From contig MQRK01219513.1 in assembly GCA_001938485.1 (NCBI GenBank), positions 31,161 through 95,160 of the forward strand: a stretch of 64,000 bases of DNA, given 5' to 3'. A program made the translations under genes and the position numbers. Source of the DNA: Girardia tigrina (lineage: Eukaryota). Shown here piece after piece: positions 12,501-27,500 of this stretch. Below the pieces are notes generated by a model that made no database searches, was not told the DNA's origin, and saw only the letters and a program-made list of their open reading frames with translations. Each line of letters begins with the position of its first letter. The first letter of the stretch is position 1.

Positions 12501-14636
12501 CAATGTCATATATATGTATATATATATATTTATTTATATATATAAAGTTATTAATAAAGTTTGAAAAATTCGATAAAAAATTTCAATCAAAAGATCATCT
12601 AATCTGTATAAGAATAAAGTTAGTTTAATTTTTCTGTTAGTTTAAGGAAGCTGGAGACCACCAGAATGATTTATTCAAAGTTTTCAATAAAATTGAGTTT
12701 CCTTATTATTAATTCCTTTTATAAAAAATAATCAAAGTTGATAGAAATACAATATTCAAAATTAAAACTCAGAGTTTGTTATTAAAATGATGTCAAATGT
12801 GAGAAAAGATGGTTAAGTTACGTTTATTTTGAGTCCATGTCTGGAAATTATGCCAGGAGCAGTAAATGAGTTTTTTGAAAATAATAATAAATAATTGGTC
12901 TACACAGATATTGATAAAAAAAATATAATATAAAAGTAAGATTTAATATTTCTAACGACAAATAAGTACAAGTTTTGAAATACAACTTCTTCACGAAAAT
13001 CACTAAAATATAATAATTAATTAATAATTATTATTTAATTCGTAATAATAATTAATAACTAAAAATAAATTAAATCATATATATGAAGAGAGAAAAACAA
13101 ACACACAAAAGATAAAGATTGTTTGAAGTTGGAAATTTTAATTTATTCGTAAATGTTAAGTTGAATTAGTGAAATATTTTTAATTGAAATTATTTGAGTA
13201 AATAATTCAAATAAATAATTCCGATTACCTGTTGAACGAAGATGCTATTCAAATAGTATTATAAATGCTAAAAAATTTAAAATTTACGTCAAATAATTTG
13301 TCTATTGAAAAATAATAAATGTTCTTATAATTATAGATTTTTCTCAAAATGAAAACAGAAACGTTAGATAACTTGATTTGAAGGAAACCTTTAACTCTTT
13401 CATGGGTTATAAACATCCCTTTCAATACCTTTAAAGAATTATAAAAAGCGGACATGACAAGAGATATTATGATCGCAAAGTGGTTTTCTAAGAACCGTTG
13501 CAAAGCTCTGCCATTGCTCGGGAAACTATAGAAAGGAAAAATTCCTGCTCTCTCTCGTTCTCCCGTGTGATCCCGCTCCCCGAGACGACCGCAGTCAGTG
13601 GCAGCAGTACGTACCTCTGGTATCGCGACACAGCCAAAATATCCCAATAGAGCATTTGTGTGTAGAAAATCGAAAGTAATTGCAAAAAATCACCGAAAAA
13701 TCAATTTTATTGTCATCGTTTTTGTTATTGTCCTAATCGAACACCGAAGCATTAATTATTGTCACACAATCGCCAAAATATGACTACAAAATTAATTTGT
13801 AGTCTCAAAGAAGTTCAATCGCAAAATCGGATCCTCGATTCAAAAAAATAAAATGGCAACTGCATCGACCATGCTCTTTATCTTACGCCCGCTTAACCAT
13901 AAGTCAACAGTAAATATACGAGACAAAAATTCAACGGCCTTATTTCTTTTATTAAAACAATAAATACTTAATTTAATTTTTCCAACACTAATTGAATAAA
14001 ATAACTATCCTAAAATATTCACATAAATTAGAATTTTACAAATAATTAAATATATTGGAAATGTCTATCATGCATAAAATACACTTTTTTATGCAGGATG
14101 TCTCAATTCAGCTCTTTATAATGTATCATCGAAATGCTACAGGAAGTCATAGACTTTGAGTTTCTATATTATGAAATTATAATCGTAAAAGAAAGTGATT
14201 TCTCCAATATCCAAACATAAAATTGATTTTCGTATAAGAAACATTTAGCAAAATACATTATGGCCCATCAACGTGAAAACACCATATGACGATACAAAAA
14301 ACCTTAAAGCAGCTTAAACTCTCTATGAAACAAAGTAATCAACATAAGAAGAAGAGGCCAGATAGAAATATCCAGACTGATGCGTTTATTTAAGTACAGT
14401 AGGGGTTGATTGTCTCGATTCCTCGACAAAAGTAAATGACGAGGTTTAAGAAAGTCTATCATTATCAGAAACAGATATAAACAACTTACACAGAAGAGGA
14501 TATCAAATATTGTTCTTCAACAGGGGCAAAACACAACACCAAGATTTTTGACCCGTGTCTAAAAGTACCAATATTGCCTGTCAACTCAATATTAAAACGA
14601 ATACTCGAATAAGAAGCATAATATGATGTTCTAGTC

Positions 14637-15124
14637 CAGTGCTTCCCAAACTTTTAGAGTCACGACCCACTATTGACGACCCCAGCTTTTGACGACCCAC
14701 ATACCTTTACTGTGTAAAAAACATTATTGAAGAAAATAAATTTATTTTAAATTAGATTTTCATTGAGGCCCATGAGAAGGATGAGTCTGTTTCTTGTATC
14801 GTTCCATAATGGAATTCACATCAACTTCAATGTGCGATAATTTCAGACGTAAAGATTTTGAGCTTATTCCGATATTTACTTTTAATTGGAACCATTGCTG
14901 AAAATCCAGCCGCACAGTTATAATATGACGCGAAAGGGAGAAGTACTTTTAATGCTTCGGTAGAAATAATTGGGCATTGGGTTTGAAGAGATACCCAGAA
15001 CTGCACTAATTTTTTTATAATATCTTTAAATAAAAATTATTATCATTTTGTAATTTTTCGCAACCCACTAAGATTACTATTAAGACCCACCGTTGGGTCG
15101 TGACCCATAGTTTGGGAATCGCTG
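14637..15124 (-). mobile_element. hAT (Charlie/Buster-like) non-autonomous element
   Basis: TIRs CAGTGCTTCCCAAACT / AGTTTGGGAATCGCTG; 8-bp TSD TTCTAGTC/CTCTAGTG; internal remnant ALKVLLPFASYYNCAAGFSAMVPIKSKYRNKL (hAT dimerisation region). Confidence 0.85.
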
Positions 15125-16406
15125 CTCTAGTGACTAGAGTCTAGTCTAAAGTTGGCTGTGAAATGGTTTATATATACCTGAAATGTTAATTGTTTTTTTA
15201 CAGAAAACGTTTTGTGATAAATTACGTTAAGTGTTTATGTTATTAATAAATTTTAAACTGATAGAATGTGTCATTCTGTTTGTTGTAGTCTTTCCTTTAA
15301 TTATTGTGCAATTCATTAATTGTTTCTTAAATGTTCGTGCATTTCAATGTATCTTTTCTTTCGTACATTTTTCAACATAGACGTTATTAAATTCTGTCAA
15401 TAATAAATAAGTTTTTAACTTATCCATTTCAAATCAATTTTTAAGGACAATATTTTTAAAGAACATAAACAAATTTAAGAAAATGGGGTCGAAAATAGGG
15501 TTAGATTCTGTGTAAGCACTTTGATAGTTGTCTGGAGAGTCTCGTATGACAGTACTTTCAACAAGTCAATTAAGAAAAATTTCATGTCATCGATTTTGTA
15601 CTCATTATTTTACAATTATGTACAGGTTAATAATGAAATTAGGGAGTGACTTAAAGATAATGGTGGATGGTAAAGGATAGACATAGATCTAAGACCCTTT
15701 AGATAATAGTCCTAAGATCGCAGTATGTTAAAATATCTGATTTTCAAGGAACGGACTATATTCCATATTAACAATAACTCGAATAACTATAAACGGAATT
15801 AAACAAGTCAGACGACTTTTTTCTTTTGAATTCAAACTTCGAGATCGTATCATGAAGGACAGATGTTCCAAATGAACACTAAACTTTGATACATGAACTG
15901 TGACTGATGATTTTGGAAGGTCTTGATGTTCGAAATGATTGATTTTATCAAATGCAACACATGAAATATGCGATGGATTTCAATTGTTCAATCAGACTGA
16001 TGTTGAGGTCAAAAATGAAGTTAGAACGATTCCATTGATTCAAAGTTTTTGATTCAATTGTCCCGTTGACAATGAAAGAGGAGAGGGAGGAAGTCTAAAA
16101 AATGTCAATAATTATTTTCGAGGTTTTTTCCCTATAGAATCAGGTATGTCCAAATCGTTTATTGAAAAACTAAAAAGAACAACAGATCTAATCGAAAAAA
16201 AATCAATTAGTTATTTCTAAATTAAAAGATTTTAGGCATTGAAATATTATTTATTACAATTATCTATTTTAAAAATTGATGTTGTCTTTGAAACAAGTGA
16301 TTACATTTATTTATATATATATATATAAAATTAAACTACATTATATCGTCAAAACACTCTATTTTGCATATATACGAAATCTAAATATTGTTCAATAGAC
16401 ATTTTC

Positions 16407-16641
16407 TTAAAATGTTAAAGGCATTTCCAAAATAGGTCCCAGTTTTTGATCCATTGGAAATACTTTTCGAACTCCCAAACAAGCTTTTTGATCTATTTGT
16501 AGTGAATTCTCCTTAATTGCTATATTTTTCTCCAAGAGGGATTTTGTGTTGATCAATCTGTTATAAACGATTTCTGCACTTCTCTTTTGTTCTTTCAATT
16601 GCCTAATGGAATTCTTCAATTCAACGACTTCCTTTTGTAAT
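16407..16641 (-). CDS. TEKT3: Tektin coding exon 9 (terminal)
   Basis: LQKEVVELKNSI...LEKNIAIKENSLQIDQKACLGVRKVFP...*. Confidence 0.92.
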
Positions 16642-19600
16642 CTTAAAAAAATAATTAAGATTAATTTTTAATGATTGTAAATTCTCTGGTAATAAAACAG
16701 AAATAAATAAAATTTAATTACGTTAATTTTGTTCAGAAAAAAATTAACTTTAGCACATCAAAGAAACTTTCTTTTACTACAGAAATTTTTTTATAGCATA
16801 ATTAATTAAAATATTTTTAAATTTAATTTATTTTTTGTTTAAAATTTAATTATGATATTGTTTAATTAAACTTTTAATTAATCTATTTCAATAAATAAAT
16901 AATGTGTAGAATAATTTATATGGTAAGATTTCTTTTAAATGCAGTCATGTATACTGTGCAAAATAACAGATCTATTCATCAATTTTTAGCTAAATAAAAC
17001 TGCTATTTCACATTAAAAAAATCAATAACTTGAGGAACTAGGTTAACCAAAAAAAGACACTACTTATTTTGATGAGCCTAGTTAATAATTAATTAAACAA
17101 AAATTATCAAATCCATTAAACTCTATTTTGCATAAGATCACAGTAACGAAATGTAATAATAGAATAATCAAATAACCAATTACTGAGAACAACTGTAAAT
17201 ATCAGATACCGAAAATTAGCGGACTAAAGTATTTAACAGGATAAATAATAGCCAAATATAATGGAGATAATTCTCCAGCAAATTAGTAAGTTAAAATAAT
17301 TACTTATTATTGATTAATCTTCAAATTAACATTTTAAAATTATAATTACTAATAACAATTTTAATTAGATTATTATAATTTCATTTATCTTATCCACAAT
17401 ATTATGCTTGCGTAACTACAGGCCGAATAATCACTGTTTTACCAAATATGTCCTTGTCTTTTATTTAGTCATTTGCTTGATATTGATTCTATCTCTTGAT
17501 GATTGTGCTGTTGAAAAGTCACAGACATTATTGTGTTATTCTGACTTAGATTTGACATTTAAGGAGTGTGTGGTTTATTGAAATGATTTGGTTTAGTGAA
17601 TTCATAATGAATGAAATTAACACATGTGTTTGCATTGAGATGTGATTGGTGGAAATTATTTTTCTTTTCTCGTCTTCATTTATTTTTTTTTACTTTCATT
17701 GGAATACAGAACAAAAAAATATAAATAAATAACAAAAATAAATAAAAAATCGTAAAACTATCATTCGATTTACATATCGTGTTACAAAAAAGAAATCACA
17801 AGACAAAAAAAATACTCGTTGTACATAATCAGATAAATCACTCACATACATCAAATTAAGAGAATTATACGAGTTGAACGAAAGACAAAGGGTGATACTA
17901 AAACTCAAGCAAACACACGATCAGTACTCCAAAAAAGGGTGTTACATATACCATCCCTTATATTTAACATATCCGCGCTCTTCGTACTCCCTTGAATACC
18001 CTTGAATAGATCTACGTATTACTTATAAATTAATATTAATAAATCGGAAATGTTTTAAAATTACATACTTTTAAAACTTGAGAGCAGTTTAGATGGGAAT
18101 TTGGAAATCGAAAGATTGTCTGCATAAAGATTTCACATATATAGATCTAATACTCTTCCAAAAATTCTTATATGGAAATATATTCCCCTTAAGAATATTG
18201 TGTTTACGCTACAATATGACTGTGTCCTTGATTCTCTTATAGAGATAACGTGAAGTATCTTCTGTATTTGTAGCTTTTAAAGGTTGAGCTCATAAAACAT
18301 TGTAAGAAGCATACATTTTTAAAATTTTAAGATATATATAAAAATTCCGTATTTTTTGTGTTTATCACGATTTTCGATACTCCCATAATATATATAACAT
18401 ATAACATAACATATATAACTATATAACATTGATCAACACAAAAGAATCGATTAAGACATTCTTGACAGGTTTGCATAGCAGGCTTCAAAAATATTGTATT
18501 ATGCTTCAATGCTTCACAGCAAAATGTCTATAAATGTTCTTAATTAATTTTTCATAAAAAGAAAGACAAAAACTCTTAAAATCATTTACTTTAGACTTTC
18601 TCTAGAATTCATCATCCAAAAGACACGTGAGGAATATTTTAAATTGTATGTGAATCCAGTGTGTAGTTTTGAATATGTTAAACCTATAAAGGTGATTCTT
18701 CCACCCAGATTGAAATTGGTATTATTTTTGTATTTATGGTATTATTTGAACATAATTAAAATAACAATGACGAAATGATAATAATCTGATAAATTTAAAT
18801 TTTTGAAAACAACAATTAAAATCACCTTTAATATTTTTTAAAAAAGAAAAGTATTTAAATGTATATAAAATAAAATAATGAAATTTAATTTACCTAATGG
18901 CGTTTTTAATAATAAAAAACAATAAAGCACTTTTAATTTAAAATTTTTATTCAAAAACATGTTTCGCCACTTCTGTAACATCTTCAGTTCTGAAAGAAAG
19001 TAAATCGCTGTTGTATTTATTGTCGGAAGATCATTACGTCACCATGTCTTACATCAGAATACTCTAATATGATTGAACGAATCACTTTGCACCTTTAAAC
19101 AAGGTTTATGAAACTTATATAACAGTGCTTCAGTAATTTTCATTTCATAGTTACAGTCAAAATTACTAATCAAAATCCGAAAATCACTCTTATTAACTCC
19201 CTTGTGATTAAGAATGTGATCTAAAATAGAGCTTTTTTTATGTCGATTTGTCTATCCAATGTACAAGGATTCACACTTGTGACATTTAAACTGATAGACT
19301 AAATTTACTTTCATACTCAATAGTGTTTTTGATTTATTGGAAAAGTAATTAGTAATTTTAACTTTTATTTTTAATGAACTTTAAATTTAAATTACTTTTT
19401 ATAATTTGATAAAATATTTTTATTTAAATTTCTTATAATTTATTAAATATTTTTGAAAATTAAAAAAATAATAAATATTTTAGAAAGATTTAGAAAAATT
19501 GTTCGAATAATTATTATTAAAAATATAGCAATAAAAAAGCAATTAAAATGATGTTAAACTGTGAAAGATCTTCCGAGAGTTATAATGACTCTAGAGGTGA

Positions 19601-22600
19601 TACTAATAAAATTTCTAATAATTATTGTCTCAATGTTATTAACAAGGCACGTTACAAAATTCGAGCAATAATCTTCAAGCATTGCAGGTTTCTGCTTTCT
19701 CTGAAATCGAGATTCCATTCCGGAGATTTATTGATGAAATTTCATGCTATATTATCGCTTACAATTTCAAGATTTGAAGTAAGAAATGCAAGTGTGAGTG
19801 CATGAATTGGACGTCGGAACTCATGTTCCATCTCATCATTTGATAATATTTAAACAACTTAACAATGTATTTACAATTGAGCGTTCATATGTTCTGTAGA
19901 AAATCGTTCGCAACCGCCTTAAAACTCATCCACGTGTCCAAATGACTTCTATGCAGCTTCTTGGCAAGTAATAAATTTTTAGACCAACTAATATTTTTTC
20001 TTGGTATTTTGCTTCACTGATTCTGATTTGGGAAAATTTAGAAATATCTTGCCATTTTTGATTAATGCCTGGGCTAAAATTCTCATCAATTTAAGTTTGG
20101 TGTTACGATTATAATAACAATATGCTTTATTAACTGTGACAGTAATATAAAACCAATATATATTTAAACTTTACTGCAAAAATATGGTAGAAATTATCTG
20201 TATGAGGTATTAGTTAATTTTCAAAAAATTAATAATTTTTAAAAATATTTTAAATTAAATTTTGATTTCTAGATGAATAAAATAATTTAAATAGAATATG
20301 TTTTAAAGTATGTAATTTCTGGAATTAATAAATTTGAGCTATAATCAATTTTTAATATGGTTGAATAAAATGTTTTCCAAAATTTCAAAATAAATATTAT
20401 TTTAAAATAAATTAAGTTAATTTCAAATTAGAAAAGATTTAGAATATTTTGTAAAAAAAATGTTCTTAATTTTAAAATGTGTATTACTTTAGAATAAATT
20501 TTAATCGATTTAGATATTATTTTTTTTAGTTTCAGTATTGAAATGTTTATTCAGAATTTGATTGTTATGATAAATTTCGAAAAATTGATTAATTTTTAAA
20601 AAGAAAGAAAAATTGATTAAAAGAAAGTTGTAATTTTGTTTTAAAAAAATTATTATTTTGGTGATCTTTTGGATGATCTTCTCGTATTACCAAAAAAACT
20701 CAACTAATTTCAATTGATTTTTCAATATAAATTGAAGTCCAATTTTTAACATACAAAGATAAAACATACAATGAAAACATATTATTATGATTTTAAATTA
20801 TAGCTAAATTAAATATACAAATATTTGTAAAAATACACGTGCCAAAGCTAAATGGAAAAAACATGGGATTTGTGAATTTAAGTTAAATTAGATAAACGAA
20901 ATCGATAAAAGGGATCAATGATGTGGTGATCAGAGTTCTTGAAGAAGAAAATAACTTATATAATTACATAATGTTTGTTTGTTTGTGCCTCGCGCTTGAA
21001 TACACTACTTAAAATTGTAAGTATATAATTAAATAAAAAATTATATAATAATATCTACAAATATATATTAATAATTATATTAATTCAACTACTTACTATT
21101 CCAAGTAGATAATAATAATAAAATTATTAAATACAAAAATTAAAAAAATTAAATTTAAAAAAAATGAAAAATTAAATAAAAGAAAAAAATTTAGTAAATT
21201 TAAAAAATCAATATAATAATTAATTAAAGGTAAAAAATTAAAAAAAAATTAATAAATAATAATTAAATAAAAAGGAATAAATAAATACTTATTAATAATA
21301 AATGAATAAATTATAATAAATTAATTAAATTAAAATAATTAAAACAATTAGTTAAAATAATAATTAATTAAATAAAAAGTAATAAATAAATAATTATTAA
21401 AAATAAATTTCAATAAATTAAATAATTAATATTTGTCAAAAATGTTCAATTGTTTGGTGGTTTTTCAGTCACACTATGATCAATATGCAAAGTTGAAGAG
21501 GTATATGAGCGGCTCCACGTAAGGACGTGGTCAATCTGGATAACCCACATCGAGACGGTTCTGTCAGTGCAGTGCCTTCGCCGAAAGACGCCCGGAAACT
21601 GACGAAATCGATCGACTATTAAATCAACACCGAACTTGAAATAATAAATTATAATAAATACTATTTAAAAATTAAAACAAAAACTTTCATATACCAAAAA
21701 TTCAGGTCACTCGTCATATATGACGGGTCTTTTTCTAGTATATAAATAAAAGATAATATTTCATTTTATATACGAGATATACGAGCTCACTAGACCTTCT
21801 TCACATAAAAACTGTAAAGAAAATGTTAACAGTTCTTCGTGTACCAGATCCAGAATTTAATTTTGCTCTATCCTCGAATACAGTCGACAGGATAATCTAT
21901 CTCAGACTTTTATAACTGTATCAGTGATAATGATCTTAAATTATAACATCAAAACGTAGTTATTCTTTTTAAAAATTAATCAGGCATCCGTAAAAATAAA
22001 AGATTCAAATCTGTTGCCAATTTTTTCGTGCATCCTGGGGTCTTCTATTTTTAAAATGAACAAAATATTTTCTACACAAAACTATTAAAAGGAAATTAAG
22101 TATTATGCGATTAAAAAATGTTGCTTTTAATTTCCAAAGTAAACCTCTTTAAAAATTTCAAATTTGATTAATTTCGGTTATTGAAAGTAATCTCTATATA
22201 ATCTTAAATTAAAATACAATATTTTCTTTTATATTTCTTTCGATATTTTCAATAAAATATTAATATTTTCATTATAATTCGTTATATTTAATAAATAAAA
22301 AAATGAAAAGTATATCCGAAGTAGATTTCATTGTTTAGTTATTTGAATAAGACAAAAATATTTTTCTTATATTTTTAGTTTTATATAATAAACTAATGAA
22401 AAATCTTTGCTTCAAAATGCATTCCTCATTTCTTGTCATAAGAGGACTAAAACTATAGAGACCATTTCAGGATATCCGGGCCACATAATTTTAATGAAAC
22501 GAAAATTGAGATTTCTACATTGAAACAGTTGCTTCATTGCTGGTACGAAATAAATACTAAGAATTTTTTAAGTGTCATAAAAAAGTAATTTTACCCTAAG

Positions 22601-25600
22601 TAAAAATAAATTCAGAAAGCAAAACTTTGGACGTATGAAGTATAACTTTATTAGTATACAAGATGGTGCAACAGTAGATACACAGTGAAAAAAGAGTAAA
22701 ATAAGTAGATATTTACTGCATTTACAGGGTTTACCAAGTTATTTTGAAAATTTCCCAATTAATTTTGAAAAAAAAATAATTTTTAATTTAAATACCATAT
22801 GGCTTAAAAGCAATTTATATCAAATGAAGATAGAAATAGAATCGTCGATGTGTATGCTAATTGCGAACTCATCCTCGCCAATTGCACGAATTCTAAGGTT
22901 TAAACCGCCAACCGTTTATGTAGTTATAATCAAATATAAGAATGGCGAGAATATCGAGAGAAAAGCGAGAGGCGGAGTACGAAGAAAAAGCACTATCCGA
23001 CGAAGAAAAAAGTATTTTGCTTCAAAGGGTTGACGAAGATGGTACTTTAACGCTAAAATGCGTTAAAAGAAAAATGTCTTGAAGTGTTTAATGTTGTTGG
23101 AAAATCAACAGTTGATCGATTATCTTAAAGATTTCACATACAGTTTCAAACGAATTCATGTTATTCCAGAGCGAAAAAGGATGTTGATGTGATTAATAAA
23201 CGTGTAGCTTACTCCAAGGAGTTTATGAATACATTGACGGCAACTGATGATTCAAAAATATATTTTGGATGAAGTTGGCTTTAGCGTTTCTATGAGAAAA
23301 TAAAATTTTCTTATGAAAATTTGGAAGATCTGTGGGAACAAGACCGGTTTACACAGCCCCATCTCTGAGAACCAAGAATTTTTCTGTCTGTTCAACAATG
23401 AACAAACATGGCATTTTTGATTTTAAAGTTTCCCTATCGCAATTTAATTCACAAAAATTTTATGATGTTTTAGAATCGCTATTAGGAATGTTTGAGACAA
23501 GGGGAATTTTTCTGTGGTAATCATTATGGATAATGTTCCATTTTACAAGTCACAGGCAATATAAAAACTGATAGAAAATAAAAAGCATAGATTGATCTTC
23601 CTGCCATCTATTCACCATTCTTAAATCCTATCAAAAATCTGTTTGCAAAATGGAAACAGTTAGTCAGATCAAGAAGTCCACAAAGGGAGGATGAGTTTCT
23701 TGCCTTGATTGGAAGTGCAGCAAGGAATATAACACGTGAAGACTGCATCAATTTTTATCGACATATGTTCACTTATATAATAAGATCGGCACGTGGCGAA
23801 ATAATATTAGAATAAACATTTTTATTTTTTTGACGTCTTGATATATTTAAATACATTAAAAAGTTTTAATTTTAATATTGTTTTAAAAAAAATTATGAAA
23901 AAATACAACAGAATGTTTTATCCCTCTTAGTGATTTTTTTCCAACATTTTTAATAAAAATATTCTTTTTCAAAATTGATTGAGAAATTTTCAAAATTTCG
24001 TTGGAAATAATGTAGTTTTACAAACAAACTAATATCGCATAAATATCATCTTTCAATAGGAGTACGAATGGCGCTTAATAGAGCAAGTATATACTTTTAA
24101 TCATTTCTTTGGCAATTTAACCATGACAGGTTTTTGGACAGATTAACAGCGCAAATGGATACTGAAACAATACTGAAAAACAGAAAACAGTGAACTTGTA
24201 AAAAGCAGTGGATTAAAACCTTTGCAATACTTTCTTTGACAAAGGCTAACGATTTATCGACTATGTGACAAATTTGAACAGAAGTGGATTATCCACAATG
24301 CACCGAGAATTGGACGACCAAAAAATATGCAAGAAAATGAATTTGAAGATACTTAGACATTCATTCAGAGCCCTCAAGATTAAAACACAGGGCTTCATCT
24401 GAATTTAATTGAGCGGAGATCATTGGGGCAATTGGGAGAATAGTAAAGGATTAGAGATGTAAAAATTAAAATTTCTCTAAAAATTTTAACTTAAAATTTC
24501 CCAAAAGATGGATTGAAAGCTGTGGCGCCATCAACTCGCCTCCACTGTTGCTAGATTTAACTCTTATGGACTTATATTTTTAAAGTACTATAAAAGATAA
24601 AGTTCTTAAACACAAGCCCCACAGCGTTGAAGATATGATTTAGTTCATTTAGGAAGCTTGTTAAGAAATTCATGCTGATAAAAATCTTTGTTCCAGAGTG
24701 TGCATCATGCACAGTGCAAGAGTGTTCGTTTACTATAAGGAAAGGGTGTTAATGCTGGCGGCAATTGGTTTGAGTATCTGTTGGATTAGAGCTTATTATT
24801 ACAAGTTTCTTTCTTACAAAACGTGCTTCTTATTATTTGTTTATGAAACATCAGTTTGTTGACATAATATATGTGAGGAATATTTTGAATGTTTGATGTT
24901 TTGTGTTTGAATGTGTATGTTGATTTGGAAATGTGTCTCTCCTACCCTGATAGATGATTAATGTTTTAATTCTTATTATCTAAAAATATGTAATGTTTAA
25001 ATNNNNNNNNNNNNNNNNNNNNNNNNNNNNNNNNNNNNNNNNNNNNNNNNNNNNNNNNNNNNNNNNNNNNNNNNNNNNNNNNNNNNNNNNNNNNNNNNNN
25101 NNNNNNNNNNNNNNNNNNNNNNNNNNNNNNNNNNNNNNNNNNNNNNNNNNNNNNNNNNNNNNNNNNNNNNNNNNNNNNNNNNNNNNNNNNNNNNNTCAAT
25201 TTTCGCTTTGAATGCAAATGTACGAAAGTTTTGACAAAGATTGTTTTGAGGACAATCAAAATTGTTGTTTAAATAAAAATATAAAAAATCAAATTGGTGT
25301 TCTTAATAATATATACAGTTAATATATAAGTGTTTTCTCTTTTCTAATCACAGTATACCTACTGTTGCACCACCCTGTATAAATGGTATAAAATTCATTT
25401 ATTTTTATTTCATTTCTCATTATTAATAAATTAATTTTATTACGTCCTCATTGCTGGATCGTTGCATAATTCTACATTTAGTCTTTTCGTTCGTTCTTCA
25501 AGTCTTGTTTCTGTCAATTTCAACGGACCCTCTTTATCTGCAATTGCTTTTTTGATGAGATTTATACTTTTCTCGCAGTCGAATATGTCTTGAACAGTCT

Positions 25601-27459
25601 GAAAAATGTATTTTTTTAAATGTGTTTTGACGATATCGGTTTATTTTACATAATAATAAGACTTTTGAAATTTTGTTTTTCTTTTGGTGTTTGCTGGTTT
25701 CGTCGATTTTTAGTCATTATTCAAATTTATCGGCAAACGTAATGTACTCTAATTTTGATTAAAACTCAACTTCAAACTTTCTCTTCAGAAAAAAAGTTTA
25801 AATTTACTTATTTTTTATTAATTTTATATATCCATTAAACTTTTAAATGATAAGGGACAAAATTAGTTCTTTTTTCTTATTGTAAAGAAAAGGATATCTT
25901 ACAAAGAAGGTATATATTACCGTAAAGATGCTTTAGCTGACTGACATAAACGGAAATGTTTCTCTAAGTTAAGAGTTGAAGATTGTGTCATTATTGATTA
26001 AGAACGATACGATACATCGACCAACCACTAAAGACGAAATTTATTAAAATAAATCATATTACAGAACTCTGTAATTCTGAAAATATTAGATTTTTCAAAA
26101 TCTATCAAAACTTAATGGAGCTTTTGTACCACATAATCTAAGCGAGGAAAATCGGTTAAATTCTGTTTAATATGAAATTTGGTATATAAATGCCATGAAT
26201 ATATATGTTTTAAATAAAATTGTTAAAAGAAATGTGTCATATGTTGTACATAAGAACTTTCTTCATGAAAAATTCTAGACAAGCCGTACCAGCCACCCTA
26301 CGTTACCTAAGAAACCGTTTTTTGTCTTAAGATGATCAAAAGGTTTCGAAAAACCAAATGATCCTCTGGAAAGCATTCCTCACAATTTAACGAAATAAAG
26401 TCAGCCATTTATGGTCGAAATGACGAACAAAACAGCTATTGCTTTTTTCAAATTATGCAGGATAAAATTTTCATTTATTCAGGTCTTTGTAAAATGGTTT
26501 CAATGTTACCAATTTAATCCTTTTACTGAAATAAAAAAATCATCATAGTTCTTTGTACAAAAAGTTGAAGAAAAAGTTTTAAAAAAATAACAATGTTTAA
26601 ATCAACAATTCAATGACAAGACTTTGTTTAAAGTTTTAATTTCCCTTAAAAATCGGCATGAACGTTCCTGAAAATCAACGCTGAAGTTATTTGAAAATGA
26701 AGAAAAATATAAAAACATGAATTCAATGAAAAACAAAATTTAAAGATTAACTAGTAAATCAAAAAATTAATTTTTTTTAATATCTATTCTTTATGCAGAC
26801 ATATGTCTACTTTGCCAACAAAGTTTTTAAATTTTAAAAATTTAAAATTTAAAAAATTTTAATTAAAAAAACACAATAAAAAATTAATATTAACTACTTA
26901 TAATTTATAAGTAGATCTTTTTCAATTAATATTGTTCTAGAACTCCGAATTTACCGTTTTTTCCTATTTTGGGATCATAAAAAGTTTTTTTTGATCAAAT
27001 TTTCACATAATCATTTATTGTCATCGAGAATGAGTAAGTGTGCAAAGTTTGAATAAAAATTTATTGAGTTTATTTATCCTTCAAAAATAGGTTTCTAAAT
27101 TCCATAGATTATATATATAAAAAGTAAGCTAAACAAGAATCAAAAAAATTAAATTTTTTATATCAATTCTTTATGCAGACAGAACTCTATTTGGCCAACA
27201 AAGTTGTTAAAATTTAAAAAATTTTAATTAAAAAATACAATAAAAATTAACTACTTATAGTTTATAAATAAGAATAAATCTTGCAATTATTATTGTTGGG
27301 GAAATCCGAATTTTCCGTTTTTTTTCCATTTTTGGATCTTAAAAAGTTTATTTTGATCAAATTTTTACATAATCATTAATTGTCATCGAGAATGAGTAAG
27401 TGTGCAAAGTTTGATGAAAATCGATTGAGTAAAGGCCTTCAAAAACAGGTTTCTAAATT

Positions 27460-27500
<41 letters not shown>

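Noticed and set aside
21575-21612. Possible type II hammerhead (GAAA ... CTGACGA)
   Set aside because: No UH cleavage site or compatible stems between the two cores.
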